A DNA stretch of 32,000 nucleotides, from positions 6,930,001 through 6,962,000 of the forward strand of contig NZ_CP042911.1 of the NCBI RefSeq assembly GCF_008065095.1, written 5' to 3'. The translations under genes were made by a program, and so were the position numbers. This document shows positions 8,776-18,370 of the stretch, piece by piece. Origin of the DNA: Gemmata obscuriglobus (GTDB lineage: Bacteria > Planctomycetota > Planctomycetia > Gemmatales > Gemmataceae). How positions within the stretch are numbered: the stretch's first letter is position 1; the number at the start of each line of letters is the position of its first letter. The notes beneath the pieces were generated by a model, which worked only from the letters and a program-made list of their open reading frames with translations, had not been told where the DNA came from and searched no databases.

Positions 8776-10293
8776 CTATTTCTGCGCGCGGCGGAACTCC
8801 TGTTCGAGGAACTTCATCCCCTCCGCCTCGCCGTTCGTACCCAACCGGAACTGGAGGTCGAACGTGCTGCGGTCCAGCGAGACGATGTCGCCCTTCGGTT
8901 CGATGGGAACCAGCGTAAACGTGTCGAAGTGGTAGTGCTCCGCGCGGAACGTGTACCGTCCCCACTTCACGTGCAGTTTGTCGCCCTCGACCGTCACCTC
9001 CGCGCGACCGTACGCGCGTTCCTCGTAGCCCCCAACGAACCGCGACAGTTCCAGGCTCGGCTTCGTGTCCCGCTTGCGAGCGGTTTCGCGCCGCTGCTTC
9101 GCCGCGGCAGTGTTGAAGTCCGTCAGCGCCAGTTGCGTCTTGTGGAACGCGACCCAGTCCTCCGCGGGCAGTTCGAGCAGCGCGTCGAGGGCGGTCTTGG
9201 CCACCGCCTCGCACACCAGCGACGGGCGCAGGTTGCACAGCACCATCACCCCGACCTTTTTCTCGGGAACGAGCATGCACTGAGCGCGGAACCCGGTGAG
9301 CGTGCCTCCGTGCGACACGCACGTGACGCCGCGGTAGTCGTGAACGAACCAGCCCAGCCCGTAGCCCGCGAATCGCGTCACCTTCGGCGGCAGGTAGACC
9401 GCGAACGGCCCCTCCGGGAGCAGCAGCATCTGCGGGGTGTGCGTCTCCTTCAGCGCCCGCTCGGTGAGCAGCCGGCGCCCGTCGAACTTGCCGCCCGCGA
9501 GCTGGAACCGGAGCCACGCCGCCAGGTCGCGCGCCGAGCTGTTCACGCACCCGGCCCCGCCCGCGTGGTCGATCTCGTCCCACCCGACCGCCGACACCGA
9601 CTTGTCCAGCCCGTAGTAGTGCGGGGTGGCGTGGTTCGGCCGCCCGCGGCCCTCCTTCCAGGTGGCGCTGGTGCTCGTCATCCCGAGCGGGGCGAAGATG
9701 CGGGCCTTCACCGCGTCCGCCCAGGTGCCCTTCTCGTACCGCCCGGCGATCACCCCGGCCGTCGTGAACGGGACGTTCGCGTACTCCCACTTCGAGCGGA
9801 ACGAGGTCGAGGGCGCCGCCCTCCCCCACCGCTTGATCACATCGGCGCCGTCTGTGCTGAGCGCGGCCCACAGCAGGTCGTGCCGGGGCATCCCGGTGCG
9901 GTGACATAGCAGGTCCCGGAGCGTCACGTCGCGGTCCGCCAGTTCGTCCGAGAGCCGGAAGTAGTCGAGGTGGTCGCGCACCTTGTCATCCCACTTCAGC
10001 TTCCCGTCGTCGGCCAGCATCGCCAGGAGCGTGGCTGTGAACGCTTTTGAACACGACGCGATCGGGAACACCGTGTCGGGCGTGACCTTGTCGTCCGCGC
10101 CCTTTTCGCGCACGCCGAACCCTTTCAGATAAACCACCTCCCCGTCCTTCACCACCACCACCGCACACCCGGGCGCGGAGAACTCCTTGAGCGCCTTCTC
10201 CGCCACCTCGTCAATAATCTTGGGGTCGAACCCGGCGGCCCTCGCCGGGGCCGTGGCGAACAGGAACGCGAACAGGACGGCGCAACAGCGCAT
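8776..10293 (-). CDS. Secreted serine hydrolase of the beta-lactamase/PBP (class C-like) family with a C-terminal beta-rich extension
   Basis: SxxK motif (IASCSKAF), YxN motif (WEYANV), and HGG in the KTG position (SHGGTLTG). The signal-peptide-like start MRCCAVLFAFLFATAPARA at 10293 has GGAGAG upstream. The ORF could extend to 10329. Confidence 0.8.
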   Translation of the reverse strand: MRCCAVLFAFLFATAPARAAGFDPKIIDEVAEKALKEFSAPGCAVVVVKDGEVVYLKGFGVREKGADDKVTPDTVFPIASCSKAFTATLLAMLADDGKLKWDDKVRDHLDYFRLSDELADRDVTLRDLLCHRTGMPRHDLLWAALSTDGADVIKRWGRAAPSTSFRSKWEYANVPFTTAGVIAGRYEKGTWADAVKARIFAPLGMTSTSATWKEGRGRPNHATPHYYGLDKSVSAVGWDEIDHAGGAGCVNSSARDLAAWLRFQLAGGKFDGRRLLTERALKETHTPQMLLLPEGPFAVYLPPKVTRFAGYGLGWFVHDYRGVTCVSHGGTLTGFRAQCMLVPEKKVGVMVLCNLRPSLVCEAVAKTALDALLELPAEDWVAFHKTQLALTDFNTAAAKQRRETARKRDTKPSLELSRFVGGYEERAYGRAEVTVEGDKLHVKWGRYTFRAEHYHFDTFTLVPIEPKGDIVSLDRSTFDLQFRLGTNGEAEGMKFLEQEFRRAQK

Positions 10294-11422
10294 GAGGATC
10301 TCTCCGGAACGTGCGGGAGCCACCATCATTCACGGAACCACATCCCCCGCAAGAGGTGCCCCGCGGATCGCGGCGCCTGTACAGAATTTGGCCGTTTCAC
10401 CTTTCGAGTTCCGGGGGGAGCCGCAACCGTTCGATCCGCAAATCCGGTAACACCCCACCATTATTCCCCTTCATCTCGCTACCAGAAGTTTGCACCTCTC
10501 ACCTCCGGCATCTGACGGAGCGGTGGGCACGGAATTTCGGCCCCTACGGCGGAACCTGCGACGCGAAGCGAATCGCCGCAAGTGCCATCCCGTAAACAGT
10601 TTGCCGCTTTCATTCCACCCTGCGCAGCGGTTACCTCGGTATTTGGTTACGGCCGGAAGCCGGGCTTGCGCCGTGTGATTCGCGGGTAGCGGCGTACCAG
10701 CTCGTGACCAGCGAACCGGTAGCGAATGTCCCGTACCGCCCCCAGCGGGTGTTCCAAGGAGCCCGAAACAGCCCCTCCTCACAGCGATCCGTCGCGCGGC
10801 AACGATCCGCGCGACATTTGCTCCCGCGACTGCGCGACATTCGAGCGAGCAACGCCCCTTCTAACCAGATGGCAGATCACTCGCTCGTAGCCCCGTGGAG
10901 CGGGCGCGGCGAAATTGAGCGTTATGCCGTTTGGGCCGGTATTTCGTGTGAAATCAGTTCAACAGCGGCGCGCGGTTCGCAACTCCGTTTCGCACGCATT
11001 GGGAACTCTCGAAGTTGCATTGGGTAGCGCGGATGACTTCGCACCATCTGAACGTTCCGTCAAGACGCCGTGTGTAGCAACGTCATTATCGCAGCACGGC
11101 TCCCAATACCGAGATACAGCCCATCCGGTCGGGCCAATATCTCTTAAATCCCCCAAGCTACTTGAACTGCGCATTTTTCCGTCTAACGTTAACTCCAATC
11201 GGTCTTACGCTCCGGTCAAAATCTGCTCCGTATTTGTCCGGAAAAAGACTGACAAGCACTGGCAAACGGCTCGCGCCCAACTCGACCTGATTGATGGCCC
11301 CACCTCGGCCGCCCACGCCGGGGATTGATCCGTTTGCCCTTCCTGAACCCCGCTCGGGCCATCTCGCCAGCGGGGTCGGGACGTTCTCCGCACCGCTGCC
11401 CAACACCTTGAGGTAAGTCGCA

Positions 11423-14400
11423 ATGCTGCTCTCGACCCTCTCACGCCGGTTCCGCGACACGTTCACCCCCCGTACCCGCATCGGGGCGCGCACGTGGCTG
11501 CAACTGACGGCTCTGGAGGACCGGTCGGTTCCCGCAATCCTGACCTGGACCGGGGCCGGCGGGAATACGCTCTGGACGAACGTCAACAACTGGGAAGACG
11601 AGACTCTCGCCAACGTCGCACCGGTTGCAGGGGACAGGCTGATTTTCCCGACCGGGGTGAGTGGGCTGACTAACAACGATTACCCGGCCGGCTTTACCCT
11701 GAACGACATCCAGATCCAGGGCGCGGGTTACACACTGACCGGCAACACGCTCGTTCTGACTACCGGACTGGCGGACTCGGTCGCCTCGGGCACGACCGAA
11801 ATCGCGCTGAGCATCAGCGGCGCCGGGGGCATCTCGAAGACCGGCGCCGGGGATCTGGTGCTGATCGCCGGCAACACGCTCACGGGTACGGTGACGATCG
11901 ACGCCGGAACCCTCACCATTACCGCCACCGAATCTCTGGCGGACACGGTCGCGGTCACCGTGAACACCGGCGCGAGTCTCATCCTGGACGGCGCCGACGA
12001 GACCATCGGGTCGTTGACCGGTGGCGGTACGGTCAGCCTGGGCACCTCCACCCTGACGGCGGGCGACGGCAGCGACACGACCTTCAGTGGCACGCTCACC
12101 GGCAGCGGCAATCTGATCAAGACGGGCACCGGCACGTTCACCCTGTCGGGGACCAACAGCTCCTACACCGGAACGGTCGCCGTCGACGCCGGCACGCTGA
12201 GCGTGTCCGCCGGGACGAACCTGGGAACGGGTGCGCTCACGCTGGGAGGCAGCGCCACGCTCCAGGTGACCGGTGCCACCTCGATCGGCAACGCCGTGAC
12301 GTTGAACGGGGCCGCCACGGTCGACAACGCCACGGCGGTGACGCTGTCCGGGGCGATCACCGGGGCCGGCGGGCTGACCAAAACCGGAGCCGGTCAACTG
12401 ACCCTCTCGGGGACCAACACGTACCTCGGCGGCACGACCGTTAGCGCCGGCGGACTGGTCGTCGCCAACGACGACGCCCTCGGCTCCGGCGCGCTGACGC
12501 TCGGCGGCGGGACCCTGATCTTCGACGCGGACCGGACCGTCGCCAACGCGATCACGCTCAACGCGGCGGTCAGCACCATCGTCGTCCCGCCGGCCACCAC
12601 GGTGACCCTCTCCGGCGTCATCTCCGAGACCGGCGGCGCCCGCGGGATCAACAAGTTCGACGGCGGGGCGCTGACCCTGTCCGGTGCCAACACGTTCACC
12701 GGCCCGGTCGCGCTCAACGGCGGCACGCTGACGCTCGCCGGGGGGGCCGCTGTGGCGGACACGGTGGCAGTCACCGTCGCCGGCGGCGCCACCCTCGCGC
12801 TCGGCGCCACCGAGACCATCGGCTCGCTGGCCGGTTCCGGCGCGGTGTCCCTCGGCGCGTTCGACCTCACGACCGGCGGCAACAACGGCAGCACGACCCT
12901 GAGCGGCGCCGTCAGCGGCACCGGCACCTTGTTCAAGAACGGCACCGGCACCTTCACCCTCACGGGCACCAACACCCACACGAACACGACTGTCCTCAAC
13001 GGCACGTTGAGCGTCGCGACCGACGCGAACCTCGGAACCGGTCAGATCGTCTTGGGACCCGGCACCACGTTCCAGATCACCGGAACGACCGACATCGATA
13101 ACACGATCGTGATCGGGGGCGGGGGGAGCGCGACGATCGATAACGCGCTAGCCGTCGAGTTCTCCGGCGGGCTCTCGGGCCCCGGGGGGCTGACCAAAAC
13201 CGGGGCCGGCGAGCTGACGCTCTCAAACAACTCGTCCTACAGCGGCGCGATCGTGGTTTCGGCCGGGACCCTGCTGATCGACGATAATTTCAGCAGCGCG
13301 GTCCAGGTGGCCGGGGGCGCGGTCCTGGGCGGCACCGGCGACCTCCTGGCGGTTTCGGTCGCGGGCGGCGGGACGCTGGCCCCGGGCGGGACCCCGGGGC
13401 GGCTCGACCTGACGGGCGACCTGACTTTGGACCCCGGCGCCATCCTGGCCGCAGAGGTGGTCGAAAACACGCCCGGCGCGCCCAGCGACCCGAACGACCG
13501 GGTGAACGTGACGGGCGCGGTGACGCTGACCGGTGCCACGCTGACGGTCACGACCGGCTTCACCCCGACCGCGGGCAACAGCTACATCCTGATCAACAAC
13601 GACGGCGCCGACGCGGTGGTGGGCACGTTCGTCGGTCTGCCCGAGGGCGCGACGTTCTTCGCGGACGGCGTGGGCTTCACGATCAGCTACGTGGGCAACG
13701 ACGGGAACGACGTGGTGATCACCACGCTGCCGCCGGTGGCCTCGATCGACAGCGTGACGACCGCGGAGGGCAACGAGGGCACCCACGTGGTGACCTTCAC
13801 GGTGACCCTGTCCGAGCCGAGTTCGCAGACGGTGACGATCGACTACGCGACGGCGGACGGTACGGCGGTGGCCGGCAGCGACTACGTGGCGGCGTCGGGC
13901 ACGCTGACGTTCGCCCCGGGCGAGACCTCGAAGACGATCGCCGTGGTGGTGAACGGGGACACGCAGGCGGAGGCCAACGAGACGTTCACGGTGGTGCTGT
14001 CGGGGGCGCTCAACGCGACCCTGGGGGCGGCCACCGGCACCGGCACCATCACCAACGACGACAGCGCGGCCAAGTCGACGGTGGTGAGCGTGAGCACCGG
14101 CGGCGGCACCGCGGGCACGGTGCGCCTGGTGGACCCGGTAACGGGGGCGCCGGGGCAGGAGGTCGTAGCGTTCGCGGGCTTCGGGGGCGAGATCCGGGTG
14201 GCGTCGGGGGACGTGGACGGCGACGGCCGCGCGGACACCGTCACCGGCGCGGGCGCCGGGGCGGCCGGCGGGCACGTGAAGGTGTTCGCGTCCGACGGCA
14301 CGCTGATCCGCAGCTTCCTGGCGTTCGACGGCTTCACCGGCGGCGTGTTCGTGTCGACGGGTGACGTGAACGGGGACGGGTTCGACGACATCGTGGTGTC

Positions 14401-14968
14401 GGCAGACGCGGGATCGGCGCCGCACGTGAAGGTGTTCAGCGGCAAGGACGGGGCGCTGCTGCAAAGCTTCCTGGCCTACGACGCGGGCTTCCGGGGCGGC
14501 GTCCGCGTGTCGGTGGCGGACGTGGACGGCGACGGGTTCGACGACATCGTGACCGGCAACGGCGCGGGCGCGGTGGGGCACGTGAAGGTGTTCAGCGGCA
14601 AGGACGGGTCGGTGCTGCAGAGCTTCCTGGCCTACGACGCGTTCACCGGCGGGGTGTACGTGGCGGCGGGCGACCTGGACGGGGACGGGCGGGCGGACAT
14701 TGTGACCGGTGCGGGCGCGGGCGCGGCCCCGCACGTCAAGGTGTTCAGCGGCCGGACCGGGGCGCAGCAGCAGAGCTTCCTGGCGTACGGGGCGCAATTC
14801 ACGGGCGGCGTGCGCGTGGGCGTGGGCGTGATCGACGGCCGGACCTACGTGCTGACGGGCGCCGGCCCGGGCGCCGGCCCGCACGTGAAGGGGTTCGTGG
14901 ACGGCGTGCAGGAGCTGAGCCTGCTGGCCGGTTCCCCGTCCTTCAGCGGCGGCGTCTACGTGGGCTGA
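11423..14968 (+). CDS. Large secreted repeat protein (1181 aa): autotransporter-associated beta-strand repeats, Calx-beta domain, FG-GAP/VCBS propeller repeats
   Basis: N-terminus ...LQLTALEDRSVPA. Many (G)xLxKTGxGxLTLSGxNTYxGxT units. Passenger-like segment PGGTPGRLDLTGDLTL...GFTISYVGNDGNDVVIT. Calx-beta segment DYATADGTAVAGSDYVAASGTLTFAPGETSKTIAV...ETFTVVL. Five or six DVDGDGxxDIV...HVKVF blades. AGGT lies upstream of the ATG. Confidence 0.85.
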   Translation: MLLSTLSRRFRDTFTPRTRIGARTWLQLTALEDRSVPAILTWTGAGGNTLWTNVNNWEDETLANVAPVAGDRLIFPTGVSGLTNNDYPAGFTLNDIQIQGAGYTLTGNTLVLTTGLADSVASGTTEIALSISGAGGISKTGAGDLVLIAGNTLTGTVTIDAGTLTITATESLADTVAVTVNTGASLILDGADETIGSLTGGGTVSLGTSTLTAGDGSDTTFSGTLTGSGNLIKTGTGTFTLSGTNSSYTGTVAVDAGTLSVSAGTNLGTGALTLGGSATLQVTGATSIGNAVTLNGAATVDNATAVTLSGAITGAGGLTKTGAGQLTLSGTNTYLGGTTVSAGGLVVANDDALGSGALTLGGGTLIFDADRTVANAITLNAAVSTIVVPPATTVTLSGVISETGGARGINKFDGGALTLSGANTFTGPVALNGGTLTLAGGAAVADTVAVTVAGGATLALGATETIGSLAGSGAVSLGAFDLTTGGNNGSTTLSGAVSGTGTLFKNGTGTFTLTGTNTHTNTTVLNGTLSVATDANLGTGQIVLGPGTTFQITGTTDIDNTIVIGGGGSATIDNALAVEFSGGLSGPGGLTKTGAGELTLSNNSSYSGAIVVSAGTLLIDDNFSSAVQVAGGAVLGGTGDLLAVSVAGGGTLAPGGTPGRLDLTGDLTLDPGAILAAEVVENTPGAPSDPNDRVNVTGAVTLTGATLTVTTGFTPTAGNSYILINNDGADAVVGTFVGLPEGATFFADGVGFTISYVGNDGNDVVITTLPPVASIDSVTTAEGNEGTHVVTFTVTLSEPSSQTVTIDYATADGTAVAGSDYVAASGTLTFAPGETSKTIAVVVNGDTQAEANETFTVVLSGALNATLGAATGTGTITNDDSAAKSTVVSVSTGGGTAGTVRLVDPVTGAPGQEVVAFAGFGGEIRVASGDVDGDGRADTVTGAGAGAAGGHVKVFASDGTLIRSFLAFDGFTGGVFVSTGDVNGDGFDDIVVSADAGSAPHVKVFSGKDGALLQSFLAYDAGFRGGVRVSVADVDGDGFDDIVTGNGAGAVGHVKVFSGKDGSVLQSFLAYDAFTGGVYVAAGDLDGDGRADIVTGAGAGAAPHVKVFSGRTGAQQQSFLAYGAQFTGGVRVGVGVIDGRTYVLTGAGPGAGPHVKGFVDGVQELSLLAGSPSFSGGVYVG
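11939..13240 (+). repeat. Internal tandem-like duplication inside the repeat protein gene (two ~165-codon blocks offset by 816 nt)
   Basis: Residues 173-336 (ADTVAVTVNTGASLILDGADETIGSLTGGGTVSLG...) align colinearly with residues 445-606 (ADTVAVTVAGGATLALGATETIGSLAGSGAVSLG...). The offset is 272 aa. Confidence 0.7.
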
Positions 14969-14995
14969 GCCGGGAGCAGTGATGTTTGATCCGGA

Positions 14996-15040
14996 GGCCG
15001 AGGCGTGAGGGGGCACCGTTGTCCCCCTCACGCCTCGGCC
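14996..15040. terminator. GC-rich perfect hairpin between convergent genes (candidate bidirectional terminator)
   Basis: GGCCGAGGCGTGAGGGGG (14996-15013) pairs perfectly with CCCCCTCACGCCTCGGCC (15023-15040) across a 9-nt loop. It starts 28 nt after the stop of the 1181-aa gene. There is only a weak T tract (TTGT). Confidence 0.55.
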
Positions 15041-15189
15041 TTGTACCATATACGTGCCCAGGGGTTGCGCTCGCGAACTCGCTCCGCGCCCTGGCTACGG
15101 CCGGCGCCCTTACAGGCACTCAAAACAAGCACCGCGTGATTCGCGTCACCGCCGGCGAACGTGAAACGGGCGTGCCGACGCGCCAAGCC

Positions 15190-15648
15190 TCAGCTTGCCC
15201 CGTGTGTGGACGGCGGCACGCCCTCCGTGCGAATCGATTCGACCTTGGCGCCTTCCACGGGCGGCCGGTCGAGCCTGACGACGATGAAGCCGCGCAGGAC
15301 CGGGCTCACCAGAGCGACCCGGGCGCCCGCCCGGGGGTTGAGCACCGGAATCCGGTACACGGTGCCGGTCGCGCTCCCGCTGGACAGGTAATCGGCGAGC
15401 TTCTCGGGCAGTACGGGCGGGCGCTTGCCACCGAACTCGGCAAGCACGTGCTGTGCGGCTTCCCGAACGTTGTTCAGCGTCACTTGCATCCCGTCCGTCA
15501 TCATCTCTCCATACAGGGCGGTGCCACAACAAGGAGTATCGACCCGGGCGGCGGCGGATTTGCAACGCCGGCACGTCCCGTTCTCACGTGTCGCCCGCTG
15601 AGACGTGCTCCGGTTGCTCGTGTCAGATTTATTCGTTGAGTCCGTCAC
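15190..15648 (-). CDS. Hypothetical protein; the real start is probably internal (ATG at 15504 or 15501)
   Basis: Codons from MMTDGMQVTLNNVREAAQHVLAEF... to the stop have strongly GC-rich third positions like neighbouring genes. The first 48 codons use many A/T-ending codons. No recognisable motifs. Confidence 0.45.
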   Translation of the reverse strand: MTDSTNKSDTSNRSTSQRATRENGTCRRCKSAAARVDTPCCGTALYGEMMTDGMQVTLNNVREAAQHVLAEFGGKRPPVLPEKLADYLSSGSATGTVYRIPVLNPRAGARVALVSPVLRGFIVVRLDRPPVEGAKVESIRTEGVPPSTHGAS

Positions 15649-15844
15649 GCATACAGGAATTTATCCGCCGCCGGCCGAGTGGCAAACGATGCTGGGTCCG
15701 CAATTGCGAAACGCCGCGCGGCCCTCTGCGGGTCTCCGGCGCGGCGAGTTGGACTCAAATACGCAATAACAACTTATCTGTTAAGGGGCGGTCAGAAGTC
15801 GCGAGAGCGCGAGCGGGCCGGGGGTGACCAGGCCGCCACGCCCG

Positions 15845-17314
15845 TTAACCGTCCCGGAACGGCTTCTTGTCACGGTACAGTTTGAGCCGCGACTCTAAAA
15901 CCTTGCGACCGTCGGCGCCAATGGTCTTGTTCTCGAGTGTCTTGAGCAGCACCGACACGGCTTGGTCGAATTCGCCGGCCTCGGCATAAGCGGCGGCGAG
16001 CGTGTCCCCATAATCGTTCAACTTATCAAGGCTCATTGCCTTCTTGGCGGCCTCGATGGCCTTCTTCCCGTCGCGCACCGCCGGGTCGGGACAGGTCGCG
16101 CACAGCCACGCGATCTGGTGGAACGCGTACGCGTGACGCGGGTTCAGTTCGGCGAGCGTTTCGAAGCCGCGGAGCGCATTCTTGTATTCTTTCTTGGCCG
16201 CCCACCCGGCCGCGAGTTGTTGGTGGGCGTAGATGGACTTCGGGTCGAGGCGCACCGCCGCGCTGTAATCCGCAATCGCCTTGTCGTGCTCCCCCTTCGC
16301 CGCCCACGCGAGGCCGCGGTGCAGGTAGGGGGAGATGTACCGGGGGTCTAATCGAAGCGCTTCGGTGTAATTGGCGATCGCCTTATCGTGCTCCCCCTTC
16401 CCGTACCAAGCCTTGCCGCGGGTCAGGTGTGCGGGCACGTACCGGGGGTTGAGCCGGATCGATTCGTCGAGATCCTTAAGAGCCTTATCGTACTCCTTCG
16501 TGTCGTTGTACGCGTGCCCGCGGTTGCAGTACGCCAGCGAGCTCTGAGGTGACCGGCGGATCACCTCGGTGTAGTCGGCAATGGCCTTGGCGAACTGGCG
16601 CCGGTCGCTCAGCACGTTTCCGCGGCTGAGGTACGCGGACGTGAAGTCCGGTTCGAGCCGGATGCACTCGTTGAAATCGTTGAGGGCTTTATCCAGCTCG
16701 CCTTTTTCCCGCCAGCCGATCCCCCGCATGTAAAGAGCGTGGGTGTTTTCCGGGTCCGCTTTCAATTCGCGGTCCCAGTGGGCCGGCGCCTCGTCCTTGG
16801 TCACGAGGTCATCCTTATGCACCCACCCCTCGCGCACCCGATCGTGGATGCGGACCCAGCCGTCGCCGTTGTCGGACCGGACCTCGAGCGGCAAATTCGT
16901 AGACAGCGGAAACAGGAACTGGCTACCGTCGGCGTCGCGGTCGCCGAACTGGACCAGCCACGTTCGCTTCTTGGGCAGCACCTTCGCGCCGCGTGCCCAG
17001 AGGTTCTTGGCGTCAACCTTCGGAGCCGGCGCGCCCCTCTTCGGCATCTCGCGGACCGCGACCACCTCCGCCTCGCTCTTGTAGATGAGCCCGGACTCGC
17101 CCACCAGCTCCACGAACTCACCGTCGTCCGATTTGACCACGTACACTTTCGATTTGACCAGCACCGCGCCGTTCCTCAGCAGCCCGCCGGTCTGCTTTTG
17201 GCCGAGCTTCACTTCGGCCGTCAGCGTCACCGTCTTGCCGGTCCAGTCCTTGTCGTCGGCCACAGCCGGTGCGGCGAGGACGAGCAACAACATCGGAACA
17301 AATGGGCGCAACAT
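15845..17314 (-). CDS. Secreted TPR-repeat protein with an N-terminal beta-rich (SH3-like) region
   Basis: Start MLRPFVPMLLLVLAAPAVA (signal peptide) at 17314, with GGAGA 4 nt upstream. About 8 TPR units (AxxDxxEAIRLDPxxxxAYxxRG pattern, e.g. KAIADYSAAVRLDPKSIYAH). The longer 603-aa ORF would overlap the rfbF start region (to 17656). Confidence 0.8.
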   Translation of the reverse strand: MLRPFVPMLLLVLAAPAVADDKDWTGKTVTLTAEVKLGQKQTGGLLRNGAVLVKSKVYVVKSDDGEFVELVGESGLIYKSEAEVVAVREMPKRGAPAPKVDAKNLWARGAKVLPKKRTWLVQFGDRDADGSQFLFPLSTNLPLEVRSDNGDGWVRIHDRVREGWVHKDDLVTKDEAPAHWDRELKADPENTHALYMRGIGWREKGELDKALNDFNECIRLEPDFTSAYLSRGNVLSDRRQFAKAIADYTEVIRRSPQSSLAYCNRGHAYNDTKEYDKALKDLDESIRLNPRYVPAHLTRGKAWYGKGEHDKAIANYTEALRLDPRYISPYLHRGLAWAAKGEHDKAIADYSAAVRLDPKSIYAHQQLAAGWAAKKEYKNALRGFETLAELNPRHAYAFHQIAWLCATCPDPAVRDGKKAIEAAKKAMSLDKLNDYGDTLAAAYAEAGEFDQAVSVLLKTLENKTIGADGRKVLESRLKLYRDKKPFRDG

Positions 17315-17543
17315 ACGGTCTCCAAATGGGCAAATTCCGGCATGCAGTTTAGCCGGGCGGAATGAGCGGTTCAACATGCCGCCGCGAGACTCCCCCACGC
17401 GCCCCGTTCCCAGCCCCCCGCACCCACGTCGCGCGTCGCCCTGCGCAGGTTTCCGAGTCGGCCTTGCGGGCGCCGGGCCAGACCGGGTAAAGTCCCCGCC
17501 CCCCCGCAGACGAATTACTTCCGTCAGGGAGGACGGAGGACCC

Positions 17544-18311
17544 ATGCGCGCGGTCATTCTCGCCGGCGGTCTCGGCACCCGGCTCGCCGAGGAAACGGAG
17601 ACGCGGCCCAAGCCGATGGTGGAGATCGGGGGGCGGCCGATCCTCTGGCACATCATGAGCCACTACGCGGCCCACTGGGTCACGGAGTTCGTGGTGGCGC
17701 TCGGGTACAAGAGCGACGTGGTCAAGCAGTTCTTCGTGGAGTACGCGCGGTTCACCGGCAGCCTGTCCGTGAACCTGGCCCGCGGGGAGGTCACGCACCA
17801 CGAGCCGGCCGGCGTGGACTGGACCGTTCACCTCGTCGACACGGGGCTGCACACCAACACCGGCGGGCGGGTGCGGCGCGTCGCGCCGTGGCTGCGGGAC
17901 GAGACGTTCATGCTCACCTACGGCGACGGCGTCAGCGACGTGGACGTGCAGGCGCTGCTGCGGTTCCACCGCTCGACCGGCAAGCTCGCCACGGTGACGG
18001 CGGTCCGCCCGCCGGCCCGGTTCGGCGGGCTGGAGTTCGACGGCGACCTGGTGCGGTGCTTCACCGAGAAGCCGCAGACCGGCGAGGGGTGGATCAACGG
18101 CGGGTTCTTCGTGGCCGAGCCGCAGGTGCTCGACTACATCGGCGGCGACGGCGAGAGCTTCGAGCACGACGTGCTCCCGCGGCTCGTGCGGGACGGCCAG
18201 CTCGCCGCGTACAAGCACGACAAGTTCTGGCAGTGCATGGACACGCTCCGCGACAAGCGGCAACTGGAGGCGCTGTGGCTGGAGGGCCGCGCGCCGTGGA
18301 AGGCCGCGTGA
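17544..18311 (+). CDS. rfbF: Glucose-1-phosphate cytidylyltransferase
   Basis: [38 protein letters not shown]..., [19 protein letters not shown] and [12 protein letters not shown] are hallmark RfbF/DdhA motifs. GGAGGA lies 4 nt upstream of the ATG. Confidence 0.9.
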   Translation: MRAVILAGGLGTRLAEETETRPKPMVEIGGRPILWHIMSHYAAHWVTEFVVALGYKSDVVKQFFVEYARFTGSLSVNLARGEVTHHEPAGVDWTVHLVDTGLHTNTGGRVRRVAPWLRDETFMLTYGDGVSDVDVQALLRFHRSTGKLATVTAVRPPARFGGLEFDGDLVRCFTEKPQTGEGWINGGFFVAEPQVLDYIGGDGESFEHDVLPRLVRDGQLAAYKHDKFWQCMDTLRDKRQLEALWLEGRAPWKAA

Positions 18312-18370
18312 GGAGCGGCGGCGAGGTCCGTGACCGACCGCGAGACACGCAACCAGGAACGGAGGGCCGC

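Noticed and set aside
6716-8935. 739-aa plus-strand ORF, together with many other 100-600-aa ORFs antisense to real genes (e.g. 11441..12979, 13223..15049, 8753..9907, 24214..25920, 18134..19231, 21151..22209).
   Set aside because: These are shadow ORFs typical of very GC-rich DNA. They are Arg/Pro/Gly/Ala-rich, lack recognisable motifs and fully overlap genes with clear family signatures on the other strand.
10400-10440. GTTCGATCC, which resembles a tRNA T-loop.
   Set aside because: No complementary T-stem, acceptor stem or anticodon arm could be drawn around it on either strand.
10915-11328. 137-aa ORF, and the overlapping 172-aa (11158..11676 minus strand) and 103-aa (10471..10782 minus strand) ORFs, in the long intergenic region.
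   Set aside because: They show no GC3 codon bias, have odd composition, overlap one another and contain no motifs. They are treated as non-coding.
11700-13300. Regularly spaced repeats that could be mistaken for a CRISPR array or satellite.
   Set aside because: The periodicity is that of protein beta-strand repeats inside one long, uninterrupted, codon-biased ORF. The repeats are degenerate at the DNA level and there are no unique spacers.
15712-15746. 8-bp GC stem (CGCCGCGC...GCGCGGCG) downstream of the TPR gene, considered as a terminator. A similar 8-bp stem lies at 31895-31920.
   Set aside because: The stems are short, the loops are long (19 and 10 nt) and there is no U tract. They are too weak to annotate in DNA this GC-rich.
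17315-17656. Long upstream extensions of three minus-strand ORFs: TPR (603 aa), DUF1553 (877 aa, to 30669) and sulfatase (749 aa, to 26382).
   Set aside because: The extensions are Arg/Gly/Pro-rich and overlap neighbouring genes or promoters. In each case an internal start followed by a clean signal peptide exists.
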